Assembly: GCA_964057225.1 (NCBI GenBank)
Contig: OZ059897.1
Coordinates: 11,532,001-11,596,000 of the forward strand
DNA length: 64,000 bases
Direction: 5' to 3'
Origin: Auanema rhodensis
Taxonomy: Eukaryota; Animalia; Nematoda
Each line of letters starts with the position of its first letter. The stretch's first letter is position 1. The translations under genes were made by a program, and so were the position numbers. Below, in pieces: positions 39,858 to 54,224 of the stretch. Below the pieces are notes generated by a model. That model was not told where the DNA came from, did not search any database, and worked only from the letters and a program-made list of their open reading frames with translations.

Positions 39858-42800
39858 TCTTAAAATAATATCAAATAATATAATATATAGTAATCAAAGT
39901 AAAAACAAAAGAATATAAACAGTATTAAAGTGACAAAAGGATATTTCTTGGCTTTGAATGTACACTATTATAACCCCCCACTAGTAACATTTGTAATTTC
40001 TTCTCGAATACCGAAATGGTCCTACTACGCAAAAATTTAGACCTTTAAAATATTAAACTTACTTAAAGAAACTTCATCTTATTTATGAATACATATTAAT
40101 TTCATATTTTTGATGGAAATTAAAATAAGTAAAAGCAAATGTTTAAAACAATAATCTTTTTTTTAAATAGAAATCTCACGGTGTTTTGGTTTTTCAAAAA
40201 TATAAATATAAATATTCTTATGTTATTGTACGGATTTTCATATACTGTGTTTATAGAATTATAATATATTCAATTCAAATTATCAGAAAAGACCATGGGT
40301 AAAGATTTTTAAAATTTTTTTTACGAACTATCGTAGAATTTCGATTATTGGGAATTTATTATAATAAAATAAGAAGAAATATGATTACAAAGTCTTAGCT
40401 AGCAGATTTGAAAACAAAGAAAACAATTAATAAGAAATACTCGAGACGAGTATTGCGTTTGGTATATAAGAAATGCATATTAGGAATGCATACAGTTCTG
40501 TCTATTTTAATGAATATTTTATTTGATATGGAGGAGCGTCATTTCAAACGAATAGAAATCAAATTTTAGTCTTAAAATAATCGGAATGTTCAAATCGGTG
40601 AAATAAAAGTAACGTTATTTTAAAACACTAAAGCATGTTTAACATACTTCACGTTTATATTATATTCTTTATGAACCGTATTATTATGTCAATTTTTTAT
40701 TTAGTTACAATATTTTAAAAATTTCTGAAACTGGTCAATTTTAAGATGGTAATCCCATTTACGGGAATACCTGATGAACACGGATATCGGTGTCGCCATA
40801 TGTATATGCGTTTTTACTTATCTTAAATTATTAATAAAGGTAGACGTTTTAGATGTTATGATGGCGATTCATTAATTATTAGGCTTATTGTCTATGTACA
40901 TATTTTCTTGTAAATCCTTACGTACATTCCATATTTCTCAGCGACATATGTGTATAGTAGAGTGGTATTCTACCCAATCTGGCACCACTAGTGTTTAAAT
41001 CAAAATTTTCATTTCCCTAACGTATTTTACGTGTTTATAATATGGAAATGTAGGATGTCAATATTGCTTCGATTGTTTGGGATTTTCTTCCATGCCTCAG
41101 TTCTTATATTATCTTATTATGCTACACTTTGAGTTTCCTTTCTCCGCTATTCTTTTTTCCCGCCATTCTTTGCTATATATAATATCATTTTGCTAAAGCT
41201 TACAAAAAATATTTCAATTTCTAATGGAATTTCACTAAAATGAATTAATTTTTGCTTGTTCATTGACAATATGTAAAGTTCTGTTCAATGTTATTAAGAA
41301 AACAACTCCAAATTGTTTAACTATACATCTTAGGTATGGATATAATATTAAATCTCAAACAGACCTTATTTTTAATTGTAATTTATCCATTAGTATATGA
41401 AAAGTAAAATATTATAAAAGTCCAGTTTTACAGAATGTTAATTTCAAATAATATTGTATAGTAGTATTATATGAATATAACAGTAGTTAAAGAAGTAGGA
41501 AAAGCAGATGTCTGTTTTCCTTGTTCTTTATGTATAATATATATTTTTTTTGTTAAAAAATCTGACTATTTTTCCTCAGTTAATTAACTTTAATAATTCA
41601 TCTTTGAATATGAGATTTTCTCTACGTAGTGCCATTAGAAGTAGAAATATATCTTATTAATATTCTTCTACTATAAGCTTTGAGACTTGCATGTGCAATC
41701 GAGGAATGGGACATAAAGCCAATAAGGAAAAGAGATATAAACGAGATGATACTTATACTAGCAGTCTCCCTCAATGTTTATATCTGATTGAGCAATCTAT
41801 GGGTTTGGAAACGAACCCAATCAAATAATTCACACTTGAAGAGCAAGTACTGGTTTGCTGGCTGAATTTCTTCAGCACAACAATTCGTTAATTTATGGAA
41901 AATACTCTATTATGGCATATCTATTTTCATATTTAGTTTCTCAGCAAGATGATTGCAGTATACTATACTATGCATGTCTATATATTAACTGAACCTACTT
42001 TAACTGATGGCCTAAGTATAAATTCTTAGGTTTCTTCTTATAAATCATCCACTCATCAACTGAGCATGCATGTTTTCATGGACTATTTAGTTATGTAAGG
42101 ATAAAGTAAGAACATAGTGTCTTGTTATTAATACTTGTCTTCGTATATTAGTAGGAAACAAATCTCAAATTCCTGTCTCAAAATTTCGAAGAAGCTAAGC
42201 TTCGGGCATGCAGCTAGTGAAGCTAATTTAACTTGCTTTTTCCCGGAGATTTTTTTGTCATCTGTCGCTGTTCCATTCTTTTTTTTAATTTCAGAAATAT
42301 TCTTATAACGAAATTAGAAGCAAAATTCTCAAATTTTGAAAATACAAACCATTTTACAATCGAATTTCTGCCAATAGCAGAATTGTTTGCCGAATAACAA
42401 GAGATTGGTCATCAATTCTGAAGCCAAGGCCATCTAGATTCAGCATTTCCTAGTTTCCAGCAAGATAGATCAGATTATTTTATTCCTACTTTTTTTGCTC
42501 TTTCTTTAAATGCAACTTTGCCATGCTATATCTTTCATCTTTCATCTTGAAATTGTATATTTGTTGTGATTGTATGATTCATTCTGTACATATATTTGCT
42601 ATATTATATTTTAATGAGTTTCATCTTCAAACTAATGAAACTCATTCGCAATTCTGTTCAAAATTTGAATTCGTCAGCCACAATTAGACGAGAGATTTTA
42701 TGGCTGTTTCAGTCATTATGTGATTACTCTTTAAAACCAAAGGAAAATATTGATTAGAGCATTCTTTTTGGAGATAATGTGTTCTAGTAAACCAATTAAG

Positions 42801-44039
42801 GAAATGAGAAACTACATATATAACAGCACTTTGAATGCTCAACGTGTCTAGAGTGTAGTTGAATATTTCGCCTTAGGTTATCATGCTCCGTTACTTTTAT
42901 ACTTACAATTTCCAGAATTAAAAATGGAAACTTAAATATTTCCTTGTACATATTCTGGTTCTTCAATGTCTTAACAAGTTTTTATTGAATTCCTCGATGG
43001 TATGAAAAATGAATGAGCCCGGCAACAAGATTTCATGCTTCTTTGCCTCTTCTTTTCTTGTCATGTTATTCAATTAGTCCTTGTGCTCGTTTTAGAACAC
43101 TTGGGTTTGAAATTTTGGCCTAGGTTTAAGAAGTAAGTTTTTTATTTTCTATTCCTTCTTGTTTTTTGAAAGTAATGCGGAATTTCGTGTTATTCTTTCA
43201 ATTTCTTCATATGCAATCCATATGTATGCACATTGTACATATTCATATTATATATACCCCTTTATGTATGCGAGATTCAAGTTTCTAAAAAAGTTTTAAT
43301 GCTTTGGTGTGTATCTGGTATATTTCCCGGATCTGAGTAATCGAAAATAGAAGTTATTTTAAGTATCATACTTCCAGTCATTCCTCACTTTTATTTCTTA
43401 TACAGATCGGCTTACTTCAACATCTGCTCTCAAACCTCTTAGAAAAGGTATCATCTTTCTATGCGCCGATCTTCGTACTCTTTCGGCCGTCCTCCTTAAA
43501 CATTATCTGTTTCGTTGAATCCGGCGTATTTATTCAGATATATCCTTTTTTGAAAAACTTTCATCCTTCTTCTCTTTATGTCTATTTAGTGTTCTGCTTG
43601 AAGATTTACATGAACACGTATAAAACAAAACCTGGAAAATTCTTTCATAGCACAAGCAACATGTGTCGTATTTCCATGACGACAGTGAAACACCTTTTCA
43701 AACTAAAACAATTGACATCCTGTCCATGTAAATTATTTTTCAACAATTTCTACATTTACACTTTCGCTTCCCTCATGCTCATAAGATCAAAATTTGGCGT
43801 ATTGCCTTGTTATAGTTATAGTTTTCATTGGCTTCATTCATTCAACCTACTATATTTCTCTATTATTAAGTGTTGATCGTTTTCGTTCTCGATAGCAATC
43901 GTTCTCAACTCGCATTTTAAGTTGTTAAAAAAGTTTGATTCAGTTGATATATTTTAGAGTATTTAAATCTATAAAAAAGTGATCGAAATCATTTGGAATC
44001 AGTCTTTTGGGGGCTTCATATGCCCCCGTATTAACTTAG

Positions 44040-44908
44040 GTCATTATCGGAGAATAAGAGCTATATTTTATACTTATACTATTATTTTCTACGTTATGCA
44101 ATCCATTCCAATTGTGAATGGTAGTTTTGAACTGGATTCTGGTACTGGACAAGTACGTTTAACCTAAAGTACTATATTCGAACACAGCTAGTTCAGGTTG
44201 AATGCGTGCAATGCGTACAAGTTTGGCGATCGGCATCAGTTAAGGAATCAAAAGCATGTGGTCCCCAAGCTTCTTCTTGTCGTGGAGATGCTTGTTTTAT
44301 GAGTACGTTGCACTTTATTTCGGAAATTATATATATATATATATATATTGTTTTGTTTTTGCTTTTAGGACAATGTAAACATTGCCCAGTGTATCAATAT
44401 ATGTCGGGATGTGTTCAGCTGACACCTTGGCAAATCGCAGATCTCGAAGTAAGTATATTTTCAGAGACAATTTCTAAAGAAACTGAATTAGGTCAATCGA
44501 AGAAGTACTGAGTTGCGAATGAGGCGAGTTGGTGCTGAGCTACTATGTGAAGATTCTTTCAACCAAACTACTTGTATTTGCAATAGGTGAATAATTGTCG
44601 CACAACAATTAAATATTAAAATTTTAGAAGAGATAAATGTAATTCCATTCATGCTCGACTTCCGTACTCGACCTATTCAGAGGGCCTTTTTAGAGGGATT
44701 ATAAATTTTGATCAAGTTATTGGAAGTTTAGATCCTAGGTAATAATAACAATATCAGTTTTTTTATTTCCAATAATAATACATATTATAGGTATTTAGAA
44801 GTTATTTCTGGATATCAATATCGGTTTTCAAATAGTGGTGTGAGTCATTTCCATCTTTCGTTTTCCTTTCTGATAATACCATTGTTTTTTTCCTGCTTGC
44901 TCAACTGA
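44040..44908 (+). CDS. Cys-rich Ly6/activin-receptor-like extracellular protein with hydrophobic (GPI-type) C-terminus; 5' exon(s) upstream not resolved
   Basis: ECVQC…C…CRGDACFMRQCKHC…SGC…LCE…TCICNRRDKCN; hydrophobic tail to TGA 44906-44908; candidate upstream exon ~43406-43447. Confidence 0.7.
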
Positions 44909-45199
44909 ACTGCCACTAGGCTGAGTGCGTTAGTATTTCATGTGATAGAGTTGTCATTAAAGCCAAGGAAAACTAATTTTATTTTTTTCAAAATTTAAAT
45001 GTATACTAATATCTTCTTACTTTTAAAGATATAGCTATGTACGAATGAATAAATTTTTTAAACATTTAAGATGTTCCATGGCTTTAGTCATTTGCCAATT
45101 GCTCTTACCTCTTGTTTTGGTTTGGTGAATAGAACCTTTATTTTTTTTAAAAACAATGTAACAAAAGTATTTTTCAATAAAACAATTAATTTTATACAT

Positions 45200-46251
45200 T
45201 CAAATAAACATAAAAGATGTTACAATCATAGCAATCATCATTTTAAGCCTAGTTGAAGAGGAATCAGACGTTGGTGTGCTAGATATCAAATTTCTAGCTG
45301 ATTCTTCCGAAGAAACCGCATCTGCTTCAAAATCTTTGGGAAAATTTCCAGATATTCTAAAACGGATATTCATCAATTTTATTTCGTGAAAGCAGCTTAC
45401 GTCGTTTTCCCATCCTCAACAATTTGCAAGCCGACTGTTTTTGTTACAATAAAATCAGAATCATCCTTTACAGGAAGAATTCGGGATGATGAGCTAGAGT
45501 TAATCCTTAACATTAGTTTTCAAATAAGTTCAGAAATTGTTTTTACCTTGCATTATCGTTGTGATTGATATTATTATTATCAGTTACCGTTGGTAGAGAT
45601 TCGTCAAATCGAGATGTTTGATTAGAAGGTGAATTTAACTGTATTTCTGGGTCTGGAATTTTGAATAATGTAACTGCCATTTGTTGAAAGAAATATCTAT
45701 TTTGAGTAGAAATAATGAGATTCTATTTAGAGGAGTACTCGTATAGAAAGCAATATTACATACTCGTTGGTTCACTAGGCAAAATTTGAGGTAATACTTG
45801 ATAACCATCTAGAATTGTTTCTTCCACAAAATCAAATTCAGAAATAGGAGCAGTAGGGTCGTTGCATTTATTGGATGTAGTACATGCACACATAGTTCTT
45901 TCGGGCCCTCTGTAAACAGAACATTAATATAATAGATATATAACTATAATATTATTTTAAATATGAAATTACCTGTTGCAAACTGCTGTGTTATTCTTAG
46001 CTTCTTCGTTTTCTCGGAAAGAGAGACAACCAGCAATAACTGTTCCATTAAAATGTTTGTTCACAACTAAACATTTATCAAGTATATCAATATTAATCAT
46101 TGATAGCCTTACCAATATAACATAGATCACCTTCACAAGTTTCATTACAAACTGTTGAAAATGGAGGACTAAGAGTGAAAGGGCATGACGTGCATATAAG
46201 AGATAATGCGACAGAGGGAACCAAAAGCAATACCCGGATAATACGACTCAT
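45200..46251 (-). CDS. Cys-rich Ly6/activin-receptor-like protein with Ser/Thr/Pro stalk and GPI-type tail
   Basis: MSRIIRVLLLVPSVALSLICTSC…TCEGDLCY…AGC…MCACTTSNKCN; ends …MMIAMIVTSFMFI*. Confidence 0.72.
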
Positions 46252-48530
46252 TTCTGAAAAAAAAATGAAACTTAACTAAGTTTTGAAATTGATATCTTTA
46301 GAATTAAAATCTGGTAAAGCATTATAACTAATTATTTAAGTTTCGTAATATAGAGCGAGAACTATTATTGACCAAATGAAAAATATTAGACAATAAGGGA
46401 TTTGTGATCGATATTATTTTAAAAAATAATATATCGGAAAACTAGCATTATGTTTGAAAAGGGATTTTCTGACTAAAACGCTTTACTCTTATCCGCTAAT
46501 TCCTTTTTGGTGTGATATAGAGGGTCGCCTCTTTTTCACTTTATTTCAGTCAGATTTTATTTTCGAATATTAAAAATTACTTATTATCCAGCTCAGTAGT
46601 AAGATATGTACATTCAGTTATCTAAAATAAAGATAAAGAAAAATAACTTTAATACAACGTTGATTTAAATAGAAGACATTGAATTAGAAAAGAAAGTTGT
46701 TCTAATTCTCCTAGCTAGTTTTGTCCATATATTTCTCAAAAACTTTTAGGGAGGACTACCTAGAAAACAATTGTGCATACCTACTACTGTTTCCAAACTA
46801 GAATTCTAAACACTAATCTTGACTATTTCGAAATTCGACTATATGTCCATAAGTTTGATCAAATGAAGTTGTAAAAAGGTGGAATTTGCTGATATTATCA
46901 TAAGCCATAATAACTATTTCTCTTTTTGAGAATATAGAGGAGAAACGAAGGCTGTCGATATTTTTCTCAATAAATGGTAGAAGCTCTATACATCACATGG
47001 CTTTATGAAAGTAAGATAGAAAAGGATGACGTTTTAATTTTCGTAAAACTGGTAGAAGCAATGAAATGAAGCATATTTTGACCGGTTCCACTGTAAAATG
47101 TGAACGTGAATAGAACGCACACGATGTTGAGGTCACTGACAGTGTCCATGTCCAGGCGCACAAAATTCGATTTACCCATGGGATTGGTAACCAATTCCTT
47201 GTCGGCTAACATTTATATTGTTTGCCTATTCGTCTATTCTATCTGTCAATCAGCTTGCTTTCGTATTTGTCAAAACTTAAGCTAATGCTAAGCCGTGGTG
47301 TCGTGAACGAGCTACCTTTCTGATGACGTTTGTGATCTTGTATACAAGAAGTCACAATTTTCATTTCTGTGAAGCAAATCGAATTTTTGACCTCCGACAT
47401 TACCGATGACACGAAAGTAAAAAGAATTGGAATATGAAAGTTTGGTTGGATGTTCTCAAAGATGAAAGCACTTTTCTTGCTTTGTGACAACTGATTAACT
47501 TTTCTGGAAAATTTTCCGGATATATTTATATAACAACAAGATATTTTTTGGGAAGGCAATTTAATTTTTTTACTTAAAAGAGGTACGACCTCGGTTCAAT
47601 TATTATATACATAGAATGAAGTTATACGACACAGTTTCTAACGAGAAAAACCATCTGCCGTTGCGAGACATCCAACATAAAAACTCAAATTAAGTAACGA
47701 CGAAAAATAGGGCCTCTCAGCAAATAAAAAATTAAAATATATGGCACATGAGTTGTAATACTGCCACTTTTAGAACGTAGTTTAGCAACTGAATCTTTCC
47801 TATATCCCACATGTATTCAGAACAAGTTATAAAATATGACTAATAATTTCATTGGAAACCTTCTTATTACATGAACCGTTTAAAAACATTAGATCAGGAC
47901 AAATAACAATCACAAGGTTACAAATATTTATATTGTATTAATTCCAAGAATATTCCATTGTTGAAAATAGGCCACGTTCCTTTTTTCTAGATGCTTAATA
48001 TTTTGATAATTGTGTAAATATTTTATTAATACAAGACAATTCTGAGAGAAATTCAAAAAAATCACATACCAAGAGTAATCATATTTTTGATTAAAGATCC
48101 CTACACAATTTTTGTTTACCTATATACTTATTTTTGAGTAAAGAAATTGAGTTCGCCTCAAACCTCGACCAATTTTCAGAGTACGATATTACCTAATATA
48201 GACCTACAGTAACAGACGTTAGCAAATAGCTCGCTAAAATATAGATCGTCCGATCGGTTTAAAAATCATCTAAATTACTCCAAATTATACTAAATTAAGT
48301 AATACAACACACATAACCCTCAAAAGTATGCGTGACACTTTCGGTAAACCAGCTTGGATACTGTTTTAAACAACCTTAACAAGAACTTGACTGTTTTTGC
48401 AAGCACGTAAACATGCGTACTTCCGCAAAAGATAAATTTAAAAATGTCTTTTTATGTATTTGAATATAAGGCTGTTTTCTTAAACAACTTAAGTTTTATA
48501 CGCCAAATCTTCAAATCCAAGTGATTTCAG

Positions 48531-49669
48531 ATGACGACGGATACTACCTGCCCAACAATTACTTCCGCTACTTGGAAAGATTTCGCTAATGGTGAACCAT
48601 GTGTTTTAGGCATTGATGAAGCCGGAAGAGGTACTCCAAACTTTGTAATGCTAATTTCAAATCTCTTATTTAAGGGCCTGTACTGGGCCCCATGATTTAT
48701 GGATGCGCTGTTTCACCTTTAGATGCAGCTGAAGAGCTCAAAGCGTTAGGCGTTGACGACTCCAAAGCTTTAACCGAGGCAAAAAGAGAAGAAATTTTTA
48801 ATAAAATGAACGAAGAAGATACTGTTCAGAAGGTTTAATAGTTTACGTTATGCCAATATACTTTTTTTTGAAGTATGTTTGTTATGCTGTTAAATGCTTA
48901 TCTCCACAATATATTAGTAACTGTATGTTAAAGCGTGCAAAATACTCTTTAAACGAAATATCTCATGACGCTGCTATATCATTGATTCGAGATGCATTAG
49001 CGGCGGGTATAAACGTTGTAGAAGTAAGTAATTTTTTAGAAAATTTCAGTAAGGAGTATACTTAAGATTAAAGTAGATACAGTGGGACCAAAGGCAACAT
49101 ATCAAGCTAAACTAGAGAAATTATTTCCTGGAATATCTGTAACTGTAGAAGAAAAAGCTGATTCCAAATATCCAATTGTTTCCGCTGCTTCTATTGCAGC
49201 TAAGGTGACTATTATATATATTTAAGTTTTTTAAACTGTTGTTGAAGGTTACAAGAGATTGTCAAGTTCGGTCGTGGAAGTTCGTTGAAAATAATGTTAA
49301 GGTATCGGAAAATGGTTTTGGTAGTGGATATCCTGGAGGTAATGCAAATGGTCCAATCTAGCTATCCCAGTATTTTTCAGATCCAAATACAAAACATTTT
49401 TTAGCTCAAAGTGTTGATCCTATCTTTGGGTTCTCTAATATTGTAAGATTTTCTTGGAAGACTGCCGAAACTATTATAGATAAAAAATGTGTAAAAGTAA
49501 CATGGTAAGTTTCAATTATAAAACTATTATATAGGTGCATTTCAGGGAAGATGATGAAAGTAGTAAAAATAGCATGATGAAAGGATGGTTAAAATCTGAT
49601 GATCTCGCCCACAAGAAGAAGCATCCATTCTTTAGTGAACGTTTTTTAACTAATTTAACAGCATTATAA
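48531..49669 (+). CDS. rnh-2: Ribonuclease H2 subunit A
   Basis: [62 protein letters not shown]. Confidence 0.95.
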
Positions 49670-49894
49670 GCATGAAAACTTAACTGTAATTATTTCATTA
49701 TGTACAATTCACTGCATAAAACATTAAGAATTGGATATGTTCTGAAAATATTCTGGTTTAACACCCTTTACACTATCTAGAAACAAAAATGCGCAGTTTC
49801 TTATGTATTCAGTACACAAAACGAAAACATTTCTAAAAATGATTTCTGGTCTAAATCTTCAGTAATAATTGTTTTCCAGGTATTTGATGTACAA

Positions 49895-51986
49895 ATGGGT
49901 TTTCCTACTATTACTAGTCTGTTGACACTATGTTTTCTTATGTATATATGTCATTCAATGTATCAGTTTTATCTTTTGTTTACTCCTGAGATATGTGAAA
50001 AAGGGTCGGGAAGATGTAGATTGGTAGGTAGTTACATTTGTTTTTAGACTCATTAAGTGTTTAGCCGTTGCATGAACCTGGACAAAATGGAAAATTTAGC
50101 CTACTTCAGCTTAGAGTGTATACTTCAGCAAATCCTACTCACCTAGGAACATTAGCTTGGATGAATGACACCTTTCAATTGGCCGATGCCTTGCAAGCAA
50201 AAGTAAATCGCATCAGTTAATTTCAATCAAGATAAATTAAGGTGAATATATCACTTCCTGCATCAACTCGGAAAAACGGGACATTGTATGTAACTTGTTT
50301 CCTATTACCGCAAGATTTTAAAGGAAACAACCCTGACCATTCTCTTTGGTCTATCCCACAACAGAGCGCGGTAACAGTTTATCAATTGCCTCAGTCAAGC
50401 ACTTTCAATTTGATTAATGATAATAGCAAAGCAAAATCGTCAAAGGATGATGAAGCAACTGAAGTAAGATATAAGTATGATATGAAATATATTTTTAATC
50501 TGATAATAGCTACGAAATAAGCATATGCCTGTTGCACATCTGAGAACTACAGTACCCTTAACCGCTAGTTATGAGGCTCCCCATCTGAAAGCTAGTGCAA
50601 TTCCTGCTGAAATACGGTTTTCGATTTTTCACATTTTTATCTTACTGAAAATATAGATACTTAATGGATTTACATGGTAGTGGTCCGACTGCAAAATATC
50701 TGCCTTTATTTTATTTAGATCGATTGAGTTTCCGAGAAAAAGATTTAGTACAGGTTTTCAGTTGTTCAATATAATTTCAAAATATCAGGAAATGTTCAGA
50801 TCAAACCAGAAATGGAACAAGTAGAAATCACTGTTAGTTATAAGCCAAGCTCATTCGGAAAGTTGAGGCTTCTTGTAACTATATATGCTTCGTTACAACA
50901 GCTTAAAACATTTGGTTTTACTGATAAAGACATAGATGAGGTTTCAGAAGTTTTCAATGGTGTGTAGAACTTTACTGTTGTAGGTAAAAGGTGTTTTCGT
51001 GGATACTAATCTGTTCCTGCTCGCACTAACTTTCTTTGTGTCATCAGTTCACTTATTATTCGATTGTCTTTCATTCAAAAATGATATACATTTTTGGAAT
51101 AAGCGAAAAACAATGGTTGGATTGTCCTCTAAGTACTTTAATTTTTTGTTTATCCACTAATTTTATCACTTTTCAGAGCACTTATTTGGAGATGTTTTTA
51201 TTATACAATAATATTTTTATACTTGTTGGATCAAGAAACAAGTTTATTGGTTCTAGTCCCCTCGGGTATTTCGGTTTTGATTGAGTTCTGGAAGGTCACT
51301 AAAGCGTTCAAAGTAAATTATTATTAGTTTGAATGAGGTAATAAAAACATTTCAGGTTTCATTTTCATTATCCAGTGGTGTAAAGTTTGGATCTCAAACT
51401 GTTGCTGAGAAGCAGACTAATGATTTTGATTCTGAGGCTATGCGTTACTTATCTTATATTATGATACCAATTACTTTAGGAGGAGCTGGTTATAGGTAAA
51501 TATTAATTCAATTTTTATTTTTTTACTTATCATTTCATTATAAGCTTACTATATGTGCATCATAAATCCTGGTACAGTTGGCTCGTACAGTCATTAGTTA
51601 ACGGTGTTTATGCATTCGGATTCTTATTAATGCTTCCACAGTTATTTGTCAACTATAAGTTGAAGAGCGTTGCACATCTTCCATGGAGAGCATTTATGTA
51701 TAAGGTATATATTCTTAAGTTTTCAAGAATTCCAATATTATACATAGGCATTCAATACATTCATCGATGACATATTTGCTTTTATTATAACTATGCCTAC
51801 AGCTCATAGGATAGCTTGTTTTAGGTTAGTAGATATTCAATTTAAATTTCATAATGAATTATTTTTAGGGACGATTTAGTTTTCTTAATTTATTTATATC
51901 AACGTTATCTTTATCCAGTTGATAAAACAAGAGTAAACGAATACGGAGAAGTAGGAGAAGAGGATGAAAAAGACAAACAAGAATGA
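49895..51986 (+). CDS. CLPTM1L: CLPTM1-like lipid scramblase
   Basis: DIDEVKGVFVDTN, FKNDIHFW, LLDQETSLLVL, HKSWYSW, PQLFVNYKLKSVAHLPWRAFMYKAFNTFIDD, YPVDKTRVNEYG. Confidence 0.92.
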
Positions 51987-52134
51987 GTGATATATTTATA
52001 TATTACATATGTCAATTTATAAATGGGGGAATTTTTGTTTCATTAATCTTGAATAAAATCTGGATAAAACCCGTTATTAATCAGCCCTATCAATTGCGGC
52101 AGAAAGTGAATAAATATCCAATTCCAGTAGCTGA

Positions 52135-54224
52135 TCAGTACCTAGCTGATTTACAGACCTTTTCATAAACATTGGGAAACGCATCTCCACAGTTAAATTT
52201 CAGTCTCAACCAGTCGTACAGCGAGTTATCAAACATTTCCCAAAACTCTGGCTTTGTCATGTAAGTATCAGCATAGAGCATTTGTACTCTACAAATGAAA
52301 AAATATTAAATAATACAAATACACTTTTAGCTACCCGTTAACAGATCGTACGTACTCTTCTAAGCGTCTCGTAGTATCGACAGGATCATAATCTTTCTTG
52401 GTTGTAATTCCTAAATTTTATAGTAAAACATGTGACGAATATCACTTACCATATGCTCCTAGGTCAACGTACATAACATTTTTACCGGATCTTTGCTTGA
52501 CCATTCCAGGACATGACGGCTGATTGAAAGGGCACAACCAAAGAGGGTAAATCTAAGAAAATTAGTATTTTCTGGAAATTTTAAAACTCAAACGCACTTC
52601 TACTTCTTTATGGAAAAGTTCAATAGCTTCACTCATTTTATTTAAAGGTACCAGCATATCTTGAAGTACATGGTTTCTGTCATACAATCTACGTAACGCT
52701 GGTGGAGTTGTAACCTTAGTTGATGAGTTTATATAAAATTTTTATGATTATACACTTACTTTCAGTAAAGATATTTTTGGAGGACACATCCATCCCAAGA
52801 ACCAACGAAAGAGTACGTTGTTACCAAAAGGAACAATTTCCTATAAATGATAATAAAAACTCAATAGAACAACTTTTTGCTTACTCTTATTTCCCAGAAT
52901 ATACTCTTGGAATGACGATGATAATAATCACGCAAAGGAATATATTCTATGCATTTCTAAAACAAACTTCGATTTCCGTCAAAAAAGAATAAGATCACAA
53001 TTTATAGAAAATATTACTTTCTCAGAGTTTGCTATACTTTCAACATGAGTATAAAACCATGGTTTGTACCAACGTCCAATTCTGTTGATGCATCCATTCG
53101 CTGGTGGACTATCACAGAAACTAAAAGTTCTATTTCAAAGTAAATAGGATTAAAATGAGCTAACCTTCCTTTCATAACAACACCTTTATTTAAAGAAAAT
53201 TGTAATCCTTCAACAAATTCATTCTCTTTGCAGTTAGCCTCTTCTGTTAATTTAGATTGCATTTCCTGAGAAAAAAACCAACGTTCGTTAATGGAAACCT
53301 AGCTCAAACCTCCAAAGTGTTAGTTGGAACATAACATAATTGAACAAAAGGTTTACATTTAACAATTCTGATAGTTGCAGCTACTAAGAATCCCAATGTA
53401 CCATGACTCCATGGTACACCATAGTACAACGCTTGGGTTTCAGGATTCTCAGATTTTTCCTGAGAAACAGAAGTATGTAAACAAATATTTTCATATATAC
53501 CTTGGAAGCAACAATCAAACTGCCATCAGCCATTACTAACTCAAAAGAAGCACAAATATGCTGAAACATCCCGTATTTTCTGCCTGAAGCTTCAACGCCA
53601 CATCCATTAATCATGCCTAATTTTTATAATAAGAGAATTTTTGAGATTACAACTAATGCATACCTCCAACTGTTAGATCATCCAATTCTGGAAGTATAGG
53701 AAGAGTGTATCCCAATGGTATCAAAAATCTAGTTATCTGCCCCATCGTTACCATTGGTTCAACACGAATTGTCATATTTTCCTCATTAATCTAAGCAACT
53801 AATACAAATTTCTATTCAGCTTATCTAACCTCAAGAATATCAACAAGTTTATCAGTACTAATTAATGTCATGTTTTTCTTATATGTTGGGAAACGGAAGC
53901 TCATAGTAAGCCATCCAGCTCTTGCTGTGCACATTTTTGTTTTTTTGTCGCTATTATTCCAATCTCTAACCTATAAGCCATTAGAACTAAGTAATTGATC
54001 TAACGCTAGGAGAAATATTTTACCTGTTTTTGAATCAAAGCGACTTTTCTATCATGAGCTTTTGGTGCTGATTTCAATGTAAAAACAATCCAATTACGTA
54101 TGGCAAAGTAACTATCATACATAACACTTAGAGGTAAAAGAAATAGGATAACAAATATCCAGCGAAACCGAAACATAAACCATTCCACAAACTGATCTGA
54201 TCTTGAAAGTGGAGGTAAACCCAT
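52135..54224 (-). CDS. dhcr-24: Delta(24)-sterol reductase DHCR24
   Basis: [73 protein letters not shown]. Confidence 0.93.

Noticed and set aside
42703-42710. piRNA Ruby motif CTGTTTCA
   Set aside because: Isolated occurrence; no cluster of motifs
52135-54224. Sterol reductase in a sterol-auxotrophic nematode as a novelty
   Set aside because: DHCR24 homologues are already known in nematodes
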